Shown piece after piece: positions 9,001 through 16,945 of a DNA stretch of 34,724 nt. Below the pieces are notes generated by a model. The model searched no databases. It worked only from the letters and a program-made list of their open reading frames with translations, and was not told where the DNA came from. Origin of the DNA: a virus (taxonomy: Duplodnaviria; Caudoviricetes). The first letter of the stretch is position 1; every line of letters begins with the position of its first letter. Position numbers and translations under genes: made by a program. The stretch lies in IMG/VR virus record IMGVR_UViG_3300020182_000100, positions 1 to 34,724 of that record; one strand, written 5' to 3'.

Positions 9001-12000
9001 ACAGCTGTATATCGCTTCGTCCCTTGTTCAGATTGACCCTTCATACGATGTAGCGGGTAGCGTTTTTGAAGCAGGTATAATGGGTAAGCTCGCGGGTGCG
9101 GGCACCGCTGGGGGGCTCTACACCGGTAACGCCCTAGCAGATGCGCTTCTGACAACTAACCCCACGGTAAAAGACGCGGTAACGAACTCCGGCAGTGCGA
9201 AAAAGGCTACACAAGCACTTAAAGACTTGGGTATTTCGGACAACGAAGTCCTCAACAACCTGCTTAATACCACATACGACGCCCAGTACGTCACTACGAC
9301 GGAAGCGGGTAATATGTTCGTTAAGGAGAATCCGGGGTTCACACCTACAGATGCAGAGATCGCCAAGTTTGCGGGCACACGGGACGAGGCTAACCTCGCT
9401 ACAGACGTAGCGGCCTACGTAGACCCACGGTTCTTGGATGCAGACGAGGTAAAGGCGGCGGCTCTCGCAGAAGGCATCACACTCACTGATGAGCAGGCTA
9501 AAGCCTATGTCGGTCAAAAGAACGAGAGCTCTGCGGTCACGAGCATCAGAAAAGAGTATGACCCGCAGGCAACGACGTACGAGGAAGCAGAGAAGTTCTT
9601 CGCAGACCTCGGGTTCACACCTACGAAGACGCAGATCAACCAGTTTGTCGGTGCTACCCCTGACGCGCAGCAGAAGACCGCGATCGACGAGTACGTAGAC
9701 CCTCGTCAGACAACTGAAGCTGAAGCAAGGCAGATGTTCAAAGACCTTGGGTACGAACCGACGGATGAAGAAGTAGCTGCTCGTGTAGGTCAGGGTGGTG
9801 CAGGTTTTCAAGCCAACACAAAAAGAACCGCTGGGAAGTACGTAGGCCCCCGCCAGACAACTGAAGCTGAAGTTCGTCAAGCCTTTGCAGATCAAGGGTA
9901 TGAACCAACGGATGAAGAAGTAGCGGAACGTGTAGGTCAGGGTGGAGATACCTTTGAAACCGATACAAAAGCTGGTGTAGAACCATACGTAGACCCTCGT
10001 CAGACAACTGAAGCTGAAGTAAGGCAGATGTTCAAAGACCTTGGGTACGAACCGACGGATGCCGAGGTAAACGCTCGTGTAGGTCAGGGTGATGCAGGTT
10101 TTCAAGCCAACACAAAAACAACCGCTGGCAAGTACGTAGACCCCCGTCAGACAACTGAAGCTGAAGTAAGGCAGATGTTCGAAGACCTTGGGTACGAACC
10201 GACGGATAAAGAAGTAGCTGCTCGCGTAGGTCAGGGTGATGCAGGTTTTCAAGCCAACACAAAAACAACCGCTGGGGAGTACGTAGACCCACGGTTCTTG
10301 GACGCAGACGAGGTAAAGGCAGCAGCCCTTGCAGAGGGTATCACACTTACTGATGAACAGGCTGAGGCTTACGTTGGTCAGAAGAACGAGGCTTCTGCAC
10401 TCAAGGAAATCAAAAAAGAGTACGACCCACAGGGTACGACACGTGCGGAAGCAGAGAAGTTCTTCACGGACCTTGGGTTCACACCTACAGATGCAGAGAT
10501 CGCCAAGTTTGTCGGTGCTACTGCCGAGAACACACAAAAGACCGCTATCGAGAAGTACGTAGACCCACGGTTCTTGGACGCAGACGAGGTAAAGGCGGCG
10601 GCTCTCGCAGAAGGCATCACACTCACTGATGAACAGGCTAAAGCCTATGTTGGCCAGAAGGACGAGGGCTCGACGGTCAGAGGTATTAGAAAAGAGTACG
10701 ACCCACAGGGTACGACACGTGCAGAAGCAGAGAAGTTCTTCGCGGACCTTGGGTATACTCCGACGGAAAAAGAACTCACCGCACGTGTGGGGGCTACCCC
10801 TGACGCGCAGCAGAAAACCGCGATCGACAAGTACGTAGACCCACGGCAGGTCACCGAGGCCGAAGCTCGCAAGTTCTACGAAGACCTTGGGTTCACACCT
10901 ACAGATGCAGAGATTGCCAAGTTTGTAGGTCAGGGTGGTAGCAGCTTCGAAAAAACTGCTCCAAAGCGCGTTGAGGACTATGTGGACCCCCGTCAGGTTA
11001 CAGATAGTGAAGCCCGTAAGTTTTTCGAAGACCTCGGGTACAACCCGACCGACAAGCAGGTTGCGCGATTTGTTGCGCAAGTTGAGGAGACTACGCAACA
11101 GGACGTTATTTCTAAATATGTAGACCCACGTCAGGTTACACAGGCCGAAGTGCAAGCTATTGCAGATCAAGAAGGTCTGACCCTCACAGAAACGCTCGCC
11201 GCGACGTATCTAGGACAGAGCGAGGCCAAGAACTTCCAAACAAAGCAGTTAGACGCTGCACGTGCGGAATATGACCCGCTCGCTACTACCCTAGATGAGG
11301 CTACGCAGTTCTTTGCGGACGCAGGATATACTGCCACTACAGAAGAGATTGCAGGGTTTGTTGCCTCTAAAACTGAAGAAGCGCAGACCAGTGCTATCGG
11401 TGCATATGTAGACCCACGTCAGGTTACCGCAGAAGAAGCACAAGAGTTTTTGAGTGCTATTGGGTACCAGCCGACACAAGAAGAGATCGACCAGTTCACT
11501 GGTCAAGTAAACGACGAAAACTACCAAGTTACACAGAAAGCCGAAATCGACGGTTATGTGGACCCACGGTATGTTGATGCAGGAGAAGTCCGTGCAACCT
11601 TTGAAGCACTAGGACTCGTAGATGTTTCTCAAGAAGATGTTGATAGGTTTGTAGGGCAGTTTGACGAAGAAACGCAGTTGGGCGAAGTTAGGGATTACCT
11701 ACCCATTGCCACGTTCAACTCCATAAAGAGCATCATCGGTTCTCCTGCAGTTGAGGATGACCCGAATACAGACGTAGACGAATCCAAAGACGCCACGGGT
11801 ATATACGCAGAATTAGAAGCAGGCGCTACAAGAGACGAAGCGTTAGAAGCTGCCATCGGTAAAGTAGCTACTGACTTAGGTACTACAAAAACCGACTTGT
11901 TGGCGGAGATTGGATTTACAAAAGACGAGCTTAGTGACGAAATCGACTTATTAATTGACGATGTCACGGGCGTAAAGGAAGACGTTGCGGACGTAAAAGG

Positions 12001-13453
12001 AGACGTTGCGGACGTAAAAGGAGACGTAAGCGACATCGCGGATATCATCGGCACGGAGGGCGTGGTTGATGATCCAGATACAGATGTAGACGAAACTCAA
12101 GACCCAACAGGGTTGTTCGCCACTATCGCCGCGTACGAGAAGGCGGGCCTGTCTCGCGATGAAGCCTTACAGGCCGCTATAGGTGATGTATCCACTGCGC
12201 TGGGCACGACGCGGGCCGACCTGTTAGACGCTATAGGTGAGTCTGAGACTAACCTCGGTAGAAAGATCACGGATGTAGAGACTGGCCTCGGTGGAAAGAT
12301 CACGGATGTAGAGACTGGCCTCGGTGGAAAGATCACGGATGTAGAGACTGGCCTCGGTGGAAAGATCACGGATGTAGAGACTGGCCTCGGTGGAAAGATC
12401 ACAGACGTTGAGACAACTCTGACTGAGCTGATAAATAAAAATGATGGTGACGTTGACGCCGCGTTGGAAGAACTAGCCACTACGCTAGGCACCACAGAAG
12501 CAAACATACTCGCAGAGCTTGGTACTACTAAAGACCTACTTACCAAAAAGATCACGGATGTAGAGACTGGCCTCGGTGGACAGATCACAGACGTTGAGAC
12601 AAGTCTGCTTGAGCTGATAAATAAAAATGCTGGTGACGTTGACGCTGCGTTGGAGGAACTAGCCACTACGCTAGGCACCACAGAAGCAGACATACTCGCA
12701 GAGCTTGGTACTACAGCAGAAACACTGCGCGACGAGGTAGCGGCGTCAAACTTTGACCTTACCGGCAAAATTAAAGAGGTAGAGGCTAACCTCGGCGCAG
12801 ACATTCAGGTGGTAGCTGATCTTATTGGTAAGCCGGCACGTGATGTAACACAGACTGACATCGACTTTGTCATCGACCTGATCGCACAAGAAAACGTAGC
12901 AGCGGAGACTATCCAGCAGTACGACGTTACAGGTGATGGTGTTCTTGACATAAACGACCAAAACATGTTAACGGATGCACTACAGGGTGACCAAGATGTT
13001 ACCTTTGCGGACACGTCCATGTTTAACCCGGCAACGGGGCTTTACCTGCAACAAGAACAAGACACGCAGGCTACGCTGGACGCAATCATAGACATGAATA
13101 CGCAGATCAATACGCAGATACAAACGAATCAGCGGGAAGATAATATCAACGAGATGATGAAGCAGCTTAGGGCATCTTCTGACGCTACAGGACAGAGAGT
13201 AGACGTCGACACTCCTGACCCAATGAATATTGACTACCTGTACGATATTGGCGGGGACAGTATTTTTGCTACGCCCCAACAGGCGCAGTTGTTTGGTAGT
13301 CCTTACGGCGGGACAAGAGTCCAGCAGCCTGCGCAAACACCCGCCAATTCGACAATACAGCCTAGAGCACAGCGCCGTGCAAGTGGGTTTTCTGAGGGTG
13401 GACAGGTAGAGGACGAAAATGATATGCTGCTAAGACTACTTGGAGATATGTGA
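6035..13453 (+). CDS. Giant repeat-rich internal virion/ejection protein (2472 aa)
   Basis: Hydrophobic Gly/Ala-rich N-terminus, coiled-coil region, about 17 YVDPR repeats, heptad and 11-aa repeats, a dockerin/EF-hand-like loop, and C-terminal FSEGG. Lies in the ejection-gene position. Confidence 0.7.
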   Translation: MPVLVPLLLGAGAGALAVTAGATVATAAVVGVGAAVISKKTGLSDAVYEVIVEPVGKLIKKVVGSDLGNAVLKVAAVATLNTWAIPLIDGAKVAANGGNVGDVLKAAAISYVGQTVGDVTGKFVTSALVDAGASDFIIKTVASGAKSATRAMVYGQDPLKAFAQGGLTAAVSAGLGEVDTKLRETYGKSFESLDAKVKQSVFSGLKTELSGGDLTSGQVGDIIAKYTGASTVVNEFLKDNVGLTAEAAEVLTRAVTDGVSTAIAGGSGLDAFSGSLSAAGAAALKKIIDKPVYKAIDKVTGAYRKTEKAADALTAQSEKAAKTAEARNGQVDKANSAVKSYNALQGELARKLRYQDRLESEYDAALKKYNGNKTQANANAVTAAINAFNKYSTILKTDYDDNYKDQMAGYKKTANTANARAAKLKATLDTQNAGVTKLQSVYDDALKWVVTETDNLDGALKPKLVEVNKAVALTLRPNIDEDAYREMNGLEAGVDVYEHFLQQGQQLPTDFDGTKQLLASSHGDLIRQVLATEGMNVSSMEPESLRAVAAHVVNNVKNIKDITGLDFGSFAREALTKARDATPKGGVLPTGFSREDGVRDSDIANGSASLGVTSTGEMQWQNTAKVYDRLTGSGSGSYTIEDVEKSLAAQVGAGVSVKFTGTPPTLVDMINTAMEGDFGTLSTSALGTIASLNDKAGQLLDTYVIAPIYEDAKNVYNGLNVLTGGGLGNAGSIAVGAGGELLQAVAGLSVLAGANPNNALGRAAKNMIALSGDMKSDEWKAAAKEMEANSAAYDEKWREDNPGQEPSMAMKGLLKAQAIWGNIQNHPLQWVSENVVSELLQEVPILLASGGTGNVAKRLLLEAGEAQAKKVAARVAIGTGVTLDAAEAFGGTAAGAFDEAYDTALNSGMDEQQATDYAMDVAQKAGSIAVLTLAATAGIGGQALSKSIFGDKGSKTFTDQYNVIKDKVVEGAKVTVKEGVTEFVEEALPQLYIASSLVQIDPSYDVAGSVFEAGIMGKLAGAGTAGGLYTGNALADALLTTNPTVKDAVTNSGSAKKATQALKDLGISDNEVLNNLLNTTYDAQYVTTTEAGNMFVKENPGFTPTDAEIAKFAGTRDEANLATDVAAYVDPRFLDADEVKAAALAEGITLTDEQAKAYVGQKNESSAVTSIRKEYDPQATTYEEAEKFFADLGFTPTKTQINQFVGATPDAQQKTAIDEYVDPRQTTEAEARQMFKDLGYEPTDEEVAARVGQGGAGFQANTKRTAGKYVGPRQTTEAEVRQAFADQGYEPTDEEVAERVGQGGDTFETDTKAGVEPYVDPRQTTEAEVRQMFKDLGYEPTDAEVNARVGQGDAGFQANTKTTAGKYVDPRQTTEAEVRQMFEDLGYEPTDKEVAARVGQGDAGFQANTKTTAGEYVDPRFLDADEVKAAALAEGITLTDEQAEAYVGQKNEASALKEIKKEYDPQGTTRAEAEKFFTDLGFTPTDAEIAKFVGATAENTQKTAIEKYVDPRFLDADEVKAAALAEGITLTDEQAKAYVGQKDEGSTVRGIRKEYDPQGTTRAEAEKFFADLGYTPTEKELTARVGATPDAQQKTAIDKYVDPRQVTEAEARKFYEDLGFTPTDAEIAKFVGQGGSSFEKTAPKRVEDYVDPRQVTDSEARKFFEDLGYNPTDKQVARFVAQVEETTQQDVISKYVDPRQVTQAEVQAIADQEGLTLTETLAATYLGQSEAKNFQTKQLDAARAEYDPLATTLDEATQFFADAGYTATTEEIAGFVASKTEEAQTSAIGAYVDPRQVTAEEAQEFLSAIGYQPTQEEIDQFTGQVNDENYQVTQKAEIDGYVDPRYVDAGEVRATFEALGLVDVSQEDVDRFVGQFDEETQLGEVRDYLPIATFNSIKSIIGSPAVEDDPNTDVDESKDATGIYAELEAGATRDEALEAAIGKVATDLGTTKTDLLAEIGFTKDELSDEIDLLIDDVTGVKEDVADVKGDVADVKGDVSDIADIIGTEGVVDDPDTDVDETQDPTGLFATIAAYEKAGLSRDEALQAAIGDVSTALGTTRADLLDAIGESETNLGRKITDVETGLGGKITDVETGLGGKITDVETGLGGKITDVETGLGGKITDVETTLTELINKNDGDVDAALEELATTLGTTEANILAELGTTKDLLTKKITDVETGLGGQITDVETSLLELINKNAGDVDAALEELATTLGTTEADILAELGTTAETLRDEVAASNFDLTGKIKEVEANLGADIQVVADLIGKPARDVTQTDIDFVIDLIAQENVAAETIQQYDVTGDGVLDINDQNMLTDALQGDQDVTFADTSMFNPATGLYLQQEQDTQATLDAIIDMNTQINTQIQTNQREDNINEMMKQLRASSDATGQRVDVDTPDPMNIDYLYDIGGDSIFATPQQAQLFGSPYGGTRVQQPAQTPANSTIQPRAQRRASGFSEGGQVEDENDMLLRLLGDM
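9275..11700 (+). repeat. Array of about 17 coding repeats of 44-49 aa (Y[V]DPRQxTEAE..F.DLG..PT..E...VG)
   Basis: Four tandem 147-bp units start at 9692, 9839, 9986 and 10133. A 276-bp two-unit block recurs at 9416, 10280 and 10556 with near-identical DNA. Confidence 0.95.
11981..12027 (+). repeat. 21-bp tandem repeat (DVADVKG heptad)
   Basis: GACGTTGCGGACGTAAAAGGA at 11981 and 12002, plus a partial third copy. Confidence 0.85.
12261..12414 (+). repeat. 33-bp tandem repeat (GGKITDVETGL)
   Basis: GAAAGATCACGGATGTAGAGACTGGCCTCGGTG perfect at 12261, 12294, 12327 and 12360, partial at 12393. A further copy near 12548 is part of a duplication offset by 186 bp. Confidence 0.95.
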
Positions 13454-14118
13454 TGAGCTGGTTCGACAATCTTAAAAATCTCTTCTCCAATTCTGAGGGT
13501 GAAGCGGACTTTACCCGGGGTCTTGTTACGCTCGGTGGAGGGTACCTCCTCAACAATTCAGGTGTGGGTCAAGCGGAGATACCCCAGACAGGGTACCAAG
13601 GCGGTGTTCCTGAGTACGAAGCGCAGCGTCAGGTAGTGCCGGGCACGTATGACCCAAATCGACGCCCCGGAAGCGGCGGGCAGCGGTACTTTACAGATAC
13701 ACAATATGCCCCTAAGAGTGCCACTCCTGCGGCTCCTATGTCTGCGGAAGGCCTCGCGGCTATAAATGCGTCTAACCCCGCACGGCAAGAACGGCGTCCC
13801 GGGGGTCCACGTGTAGCGCCCCCTGTGCAGAACTTGGCTGCGGGTGGTATTGCTACCCTTAAAGCGGGGAAGTACCTCGACGGTGCCAGTGACGGTATGG
13901 CAGACGAAGTCCCTGCTCGTATCGACGGAAAACAAGAAGCCCGTCTAAGCGATGGTGAGTTCGTCATTCCTGCAGATGTTGTAAGTCACCTCGGCAATGG
14001 TAACTCCGACGCGGGTGCGAAGATGCTCAAGGGCATGATGGACCGGGTACGTAAAGCGCGTACTGGAAACGAAAAACAGGGCAAGCAAATTGACCCCAAC
14101 AAATTCTTACCGGAGTGA
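13450..14118 (+). CDS. Internal virion protein with a tape-measure-C-terminal-like domain
   Basis: LAAGGIA..YLDGASDGMADEVPA..LSDGEFVIPADVVSHLG resembles the G.G...SD.IPA.LS.GEFV motif at the C-terminus of many phage tape measure proteins. Confidence 0.6.
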   Translation: MMSWFDNLKNLFSNSEGEADFTRGLVTLGGGYLLNNSGVGQAEIPQTGYQGGVPEYEAQRQVVPGTYDPNRRPGSGGQRYFTDTQYAPKSATPAAPMSAEGLAAINASNPARQERRPGGPRVAPPVQNLAAGGIATLKAGKYLDGASDGMADEVPARIDGKQEARLSDGEFVIPADVVSHLGNGNSDAGAKMLKGMMDRVRKARTGNEKQGKQIDPNKFLPE

Positions 14119-14126
14119 GGTGAATC

Positions 14127-14999
14127 ATGGCTGATCCTGCAGACGTAGTGCAATCAACTGCAGACCCTATTGTAGGGCAAGAGACCGGTAGAGAGTCCTC
14201 CCTGTCTACTTGGGCGGGTCCATATGTTACGGATATGCTTGGCAAAGGTCAGGCGCTCTCTAATGAAGGTTACAACGCCTACATGGGGCCACTCACTGCG
14301 GGTGCATCTAGCCTGCAAGACGCAGCGTTTCAAGGGTTAGGTAACTTGTCCCTCCCCACGGACCAGATGGGTGTTGGGGGTTATGAGCAGCAGCAGTTTA
14401 CCGGAGACGTAGCGCAGCAGTACATGAACCCGTACCTGCAGGCCTCGTTGAACCCACAACTCGAGGAAGCTAGACGTCAAGCTGGTATCACCGCAGCTCA
14501 AAACGCTAACAAGTTTGCAGGTGCCTACGGTGGGTCCGCGCAAGCACTGTTTAATTCAGAAGCTAACCGTAACCTCGGACAGAATCTTTCTGCTATCACA
14601 GGACAGGGTTACGCAGATGCGTATGACAGGGGTCTGCAGCAGTTCAACACCGCGGCTGATCGTGGTATGGCAGCGCAGGACAAAGTAAACCAGTATGGTG
14701 CGACTGGCCTACAGTCCTTGGCGGATTTGGGTTCATTACAACGGAGTATAGAGTCTGAGGGCATTACGGCAGACCGTATGCAGTTCGAGGAAGAACGCGA
14801 CTTCCCGTATAAGCAGGTGCAGTACATGCAGTCCTTGCTGCAGGGGCTCCCGATCGCAGCGCAGTCTTATAGTTATGCAGCACCAAGTGCATTGTCTGAG
14901 ACTTTGTCCGGTGCAGGTGGCCTTAGCGCTATCTACGATACGTTGTTTGGTGGTACAAGTACCGGTGGTGGTACAAGTACCGGGGGCGGAGGCAAGTGA
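14127..14999 (+). CDS. DNA transfer/ejection protein (P22 gp7/gp20-like class)
   Basis: Gln/Ala/Gly-rich, with QQYMNPYLQ and AGAYGGS motifs and a Gly-rich hydrophobic C-terminus. GAGG RBS upstream. Confidence 0.6.
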   Translation: MADPADVVQSTADPIVGQETGRESSLSTWAGPYVTDMLGKGQALSNEGYNAYMGPLTAGASSLQDAAFQGLGNLSLPTDQMGVGGYEQQQFTGDVAQQYMNPYLQASLNPQLEEARRQAGITAAQNANKFAGAYGGSAQALFNSEANRNLGQNLSAITGQGYADAYDRGLQQFNTAADRGMAAQDKVNQYGATGLQSLADLGSLQRSIESEGITADRMQFEEERDFPYKQVQYMQSLLQGLPIAAQSYSYAAPSALSETLSGAGGLSAIYDTLFGGTSTGGGTSTGGGGK

Positions 15000-16942
15000 T
15001 GGCTTTAGAAAACGGCGGTCTCGACGCACAAGTAGAACAACGCATGGATGCCTACCGAGGCAACCCACAGCAGCTACAGCAGCGCTACGGGCAGAACAAA
15101 GAACTTCTGGACCTATTGGCCCTGCAGAAACTCACGTCTGAGAAGCAAGCAGCTTCCCGTGATATGCAGATGAAGATGCAGCAGCAGCCGGGCACCATTG
15201 CACAGCAGCGTGAACAAGAAGCTCTAGAGTTAACGAAGCAGGAGATGGGTAATACTCTCGGTGATCTTGCGGGTCGTACGAAGAGCACGCTTGACCAGAA
15301 GCAGATGACTCAGCAGCAGAACATGAGTAAAATGGCCCAAGCCGCGAGTCGACCTCCACAAGGGGGAATCGGTGCTCTTATGGGTGGTGGCGCACAACCA
15401 CAAGCACGTCCTCCGATGGGCAACCCTCAAACACAGGGCCTCGCCGCTGCACGCATGGCTCAAGGGCCAAGTAAGTTTGCGAGTGGTGGCATCGTGTCCT
15501 TCGCTGAGGGTCAACAAGTGCAGTCTGGTAGTCCGTTCTCTCGGTATATCTCTGACACCTATCAGGGGCTGAAGGGGGGTATGTCAGAAGCAGCACTCCG
15601 TCAGCGCGTTCAAACCCTATACGGCCCTTATTCCGCTCCGGTTGGAGGTCTATTCCAACAATCTGACACAAACAGAGCACGAGCCAAGGACATTATAAGT
15701 AGGTTGCAATCGGGGGAGCTATCTGTTCCCGAGATGGAGGCGTTGGTACAACAATACCCGGAGTTCCGCCAAAATGCTGCGCAGGTTGATGCCAGAGTAT
15801 CAACTGCCCCTAACGAAACGTCTGACCGTCTAGGCATGACCACAGGCACTTCCCTCGATACACCCCAAGGAGGTATCGACACTCTGCTGCCACCTCCCGC
15901 TTCCGCTCCCGCTCCCACTGCTACTACCGCCCCTAACCCTGATCTGTTAGACCCAAGGGGTCCAAACCAAACATCTACTGCGCCTGTGACTGTCGGTGAT
16001 GCAGTGCCAACAACAGGTGATGCAGTACCAACAGCGGGTGAAACTGCAGCTTCGTTCGAAGTACCACAAACCGCAGGTACGGCGAGTACAGGTGTTATGG
16101 GTCCACAGGGTGCGACCGCGGCTGACTCCGCCTTCCTCAAAGGCACTCGAATGGCCGACGAGTATACAGGCCGTGCCGCTGCAAGTGAGTCGTACGAGGG
16201 CATGAAGTCTCGTCTTTCTGAATTTGACAAAGAGAACTACGGCCCCAACGACGACCTAAACGCGTTCTTGATTGGTATGGGTGGTACAGGTTCTATTGGT
16301 TCTGCAATGAAGGGCGGTTATAGTTCCATGCTTCGTAGCAAGAACAACCGTCGTAACCGCATGATGGACGAGTTCCAGTTGGAGAAAGATCGTATCGGTG
16401 CCGACGCCGTGTTCTCCGCAGCGGGTATAAGACTAGGCACACAGCTTGCAGCGGATGCCGCGGCCAACGAGCGTAATATAAGGACTGCCGCCGCAACTAT
16501 GGGTGCAGCTAAAATACGTCAGGCCATCGCGGACGCGGACCGTCTTGCAAGGACCAATACAGCAGAACTTGAAGCCGCGGCTAAAGCTGTGGAGCAAGCA
16601 CGCCTAGCCAGAAAAGATAAGACGGCTGCAGCACTGGGCGTGGCGCAATTGACCGCTAAGACTCGTGCTGATCTGATTGGCAGTCTAGTGTCAAACGACC
16701 CGATGATGATGAGTATTAGCCAAGAACTCAGGCGTGCCGGCAACGACCCTGAAGCTGCTGCTTTGCTTCAGAAGAATATGGACACGCGTATGGAACACCT
16801 GAATCTGGTCGCCGACGGAGCTATGAACGAGTTTGGCCTGCTGGATGCGGAGGTAGCCGCGGCAAAGCAGTTGTCAGAGTCGCTAGGTCAACCCGAGCTA
16901 AACATAGACGACGTGGTGAAACGTTCCATTGAAGGAGAATAG
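14996..16942 (+). CDS. Internal virion/ejection protein (648 aa)
   Basis: Gln/Met-rich helical N-terminus, FASGGIVSFAEG motif, Pro/Thr linker and Ala-rich coiled coil. Coupled to its neighbours. Confidence 0.6.
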   Translation: MMALENGGLDAQVEQRMDAYRGNPQQLQQRYGQNKELLDLLALQKLTSEKQAASRDMQMKMQQQPGTIAQQREQEALELTKQEMGNTLGDLAGRTKSTLDQKQMTQQQNMSKMAQAASRPPQGGIGALMGGGAQPQARPPMGNPQTQGLAAARMAQGPSKFASGGIVSFAEGQQVQSGSPFSRYISDTYQGLKGGMSEAALRQRVQTLYGPYSAPVGGLFQQSDTNRARAKDIISRLQSGELSVPEMEALVQQYPEFRQNAAQVDARVSTAPNETSDRLGMTTGTSLDTPQGGIDTLLPPPASAPAPTATTAPNPDLLDPRGPNQTSTAPVTVGDAVPTTGDAVPTAGETAASFEVPQTAGTASTGVMGPQGATAADSAFLKGTRMADEYTGRAAASESYEGMKSRLSEFDKENYGPNDDLNAFLIGMGGTGSIGSAMKGGYSSMLRSKNNRRNRMMDEFQLEKDRIGADAVFSAAGIRLGTQLAADAAANERNIRTAAATMGAAKIRQAIADADRLARTNTAELEAAAKAVEQARLARKDKTAAALGVAQLTAKTRADLIGSLVSNDPMMMSISQELRRAGNDPEAAALLQKNMDTRMEHLNLVADGAMNEFGLLDAEVAAAKQLSESLGQPELNIDDVVKRSIEGE

Positions 16943-16945
16943 AGT

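Noticed and set aside
9692-10279. Near-identical repeats as a diversity-generating retroelement TR/VR pair
   Set aside because: No reverse transcriptase in the window. The repeats are tandem and coding, and the differences are not confined to adenines.
9134-11170. 678-aa antisense ORF
   Set aside because: It is in exact codon-for-codon antisense register to the repeat region, where TTA/CTA/TCA codons are absent on the sense strand. The product has no recognisable features.
12261-12414. 33-bp repeats as a CRISPR array
   Set aside because: The copies are directly adjacent with no spacers and are in frame within a CDS.
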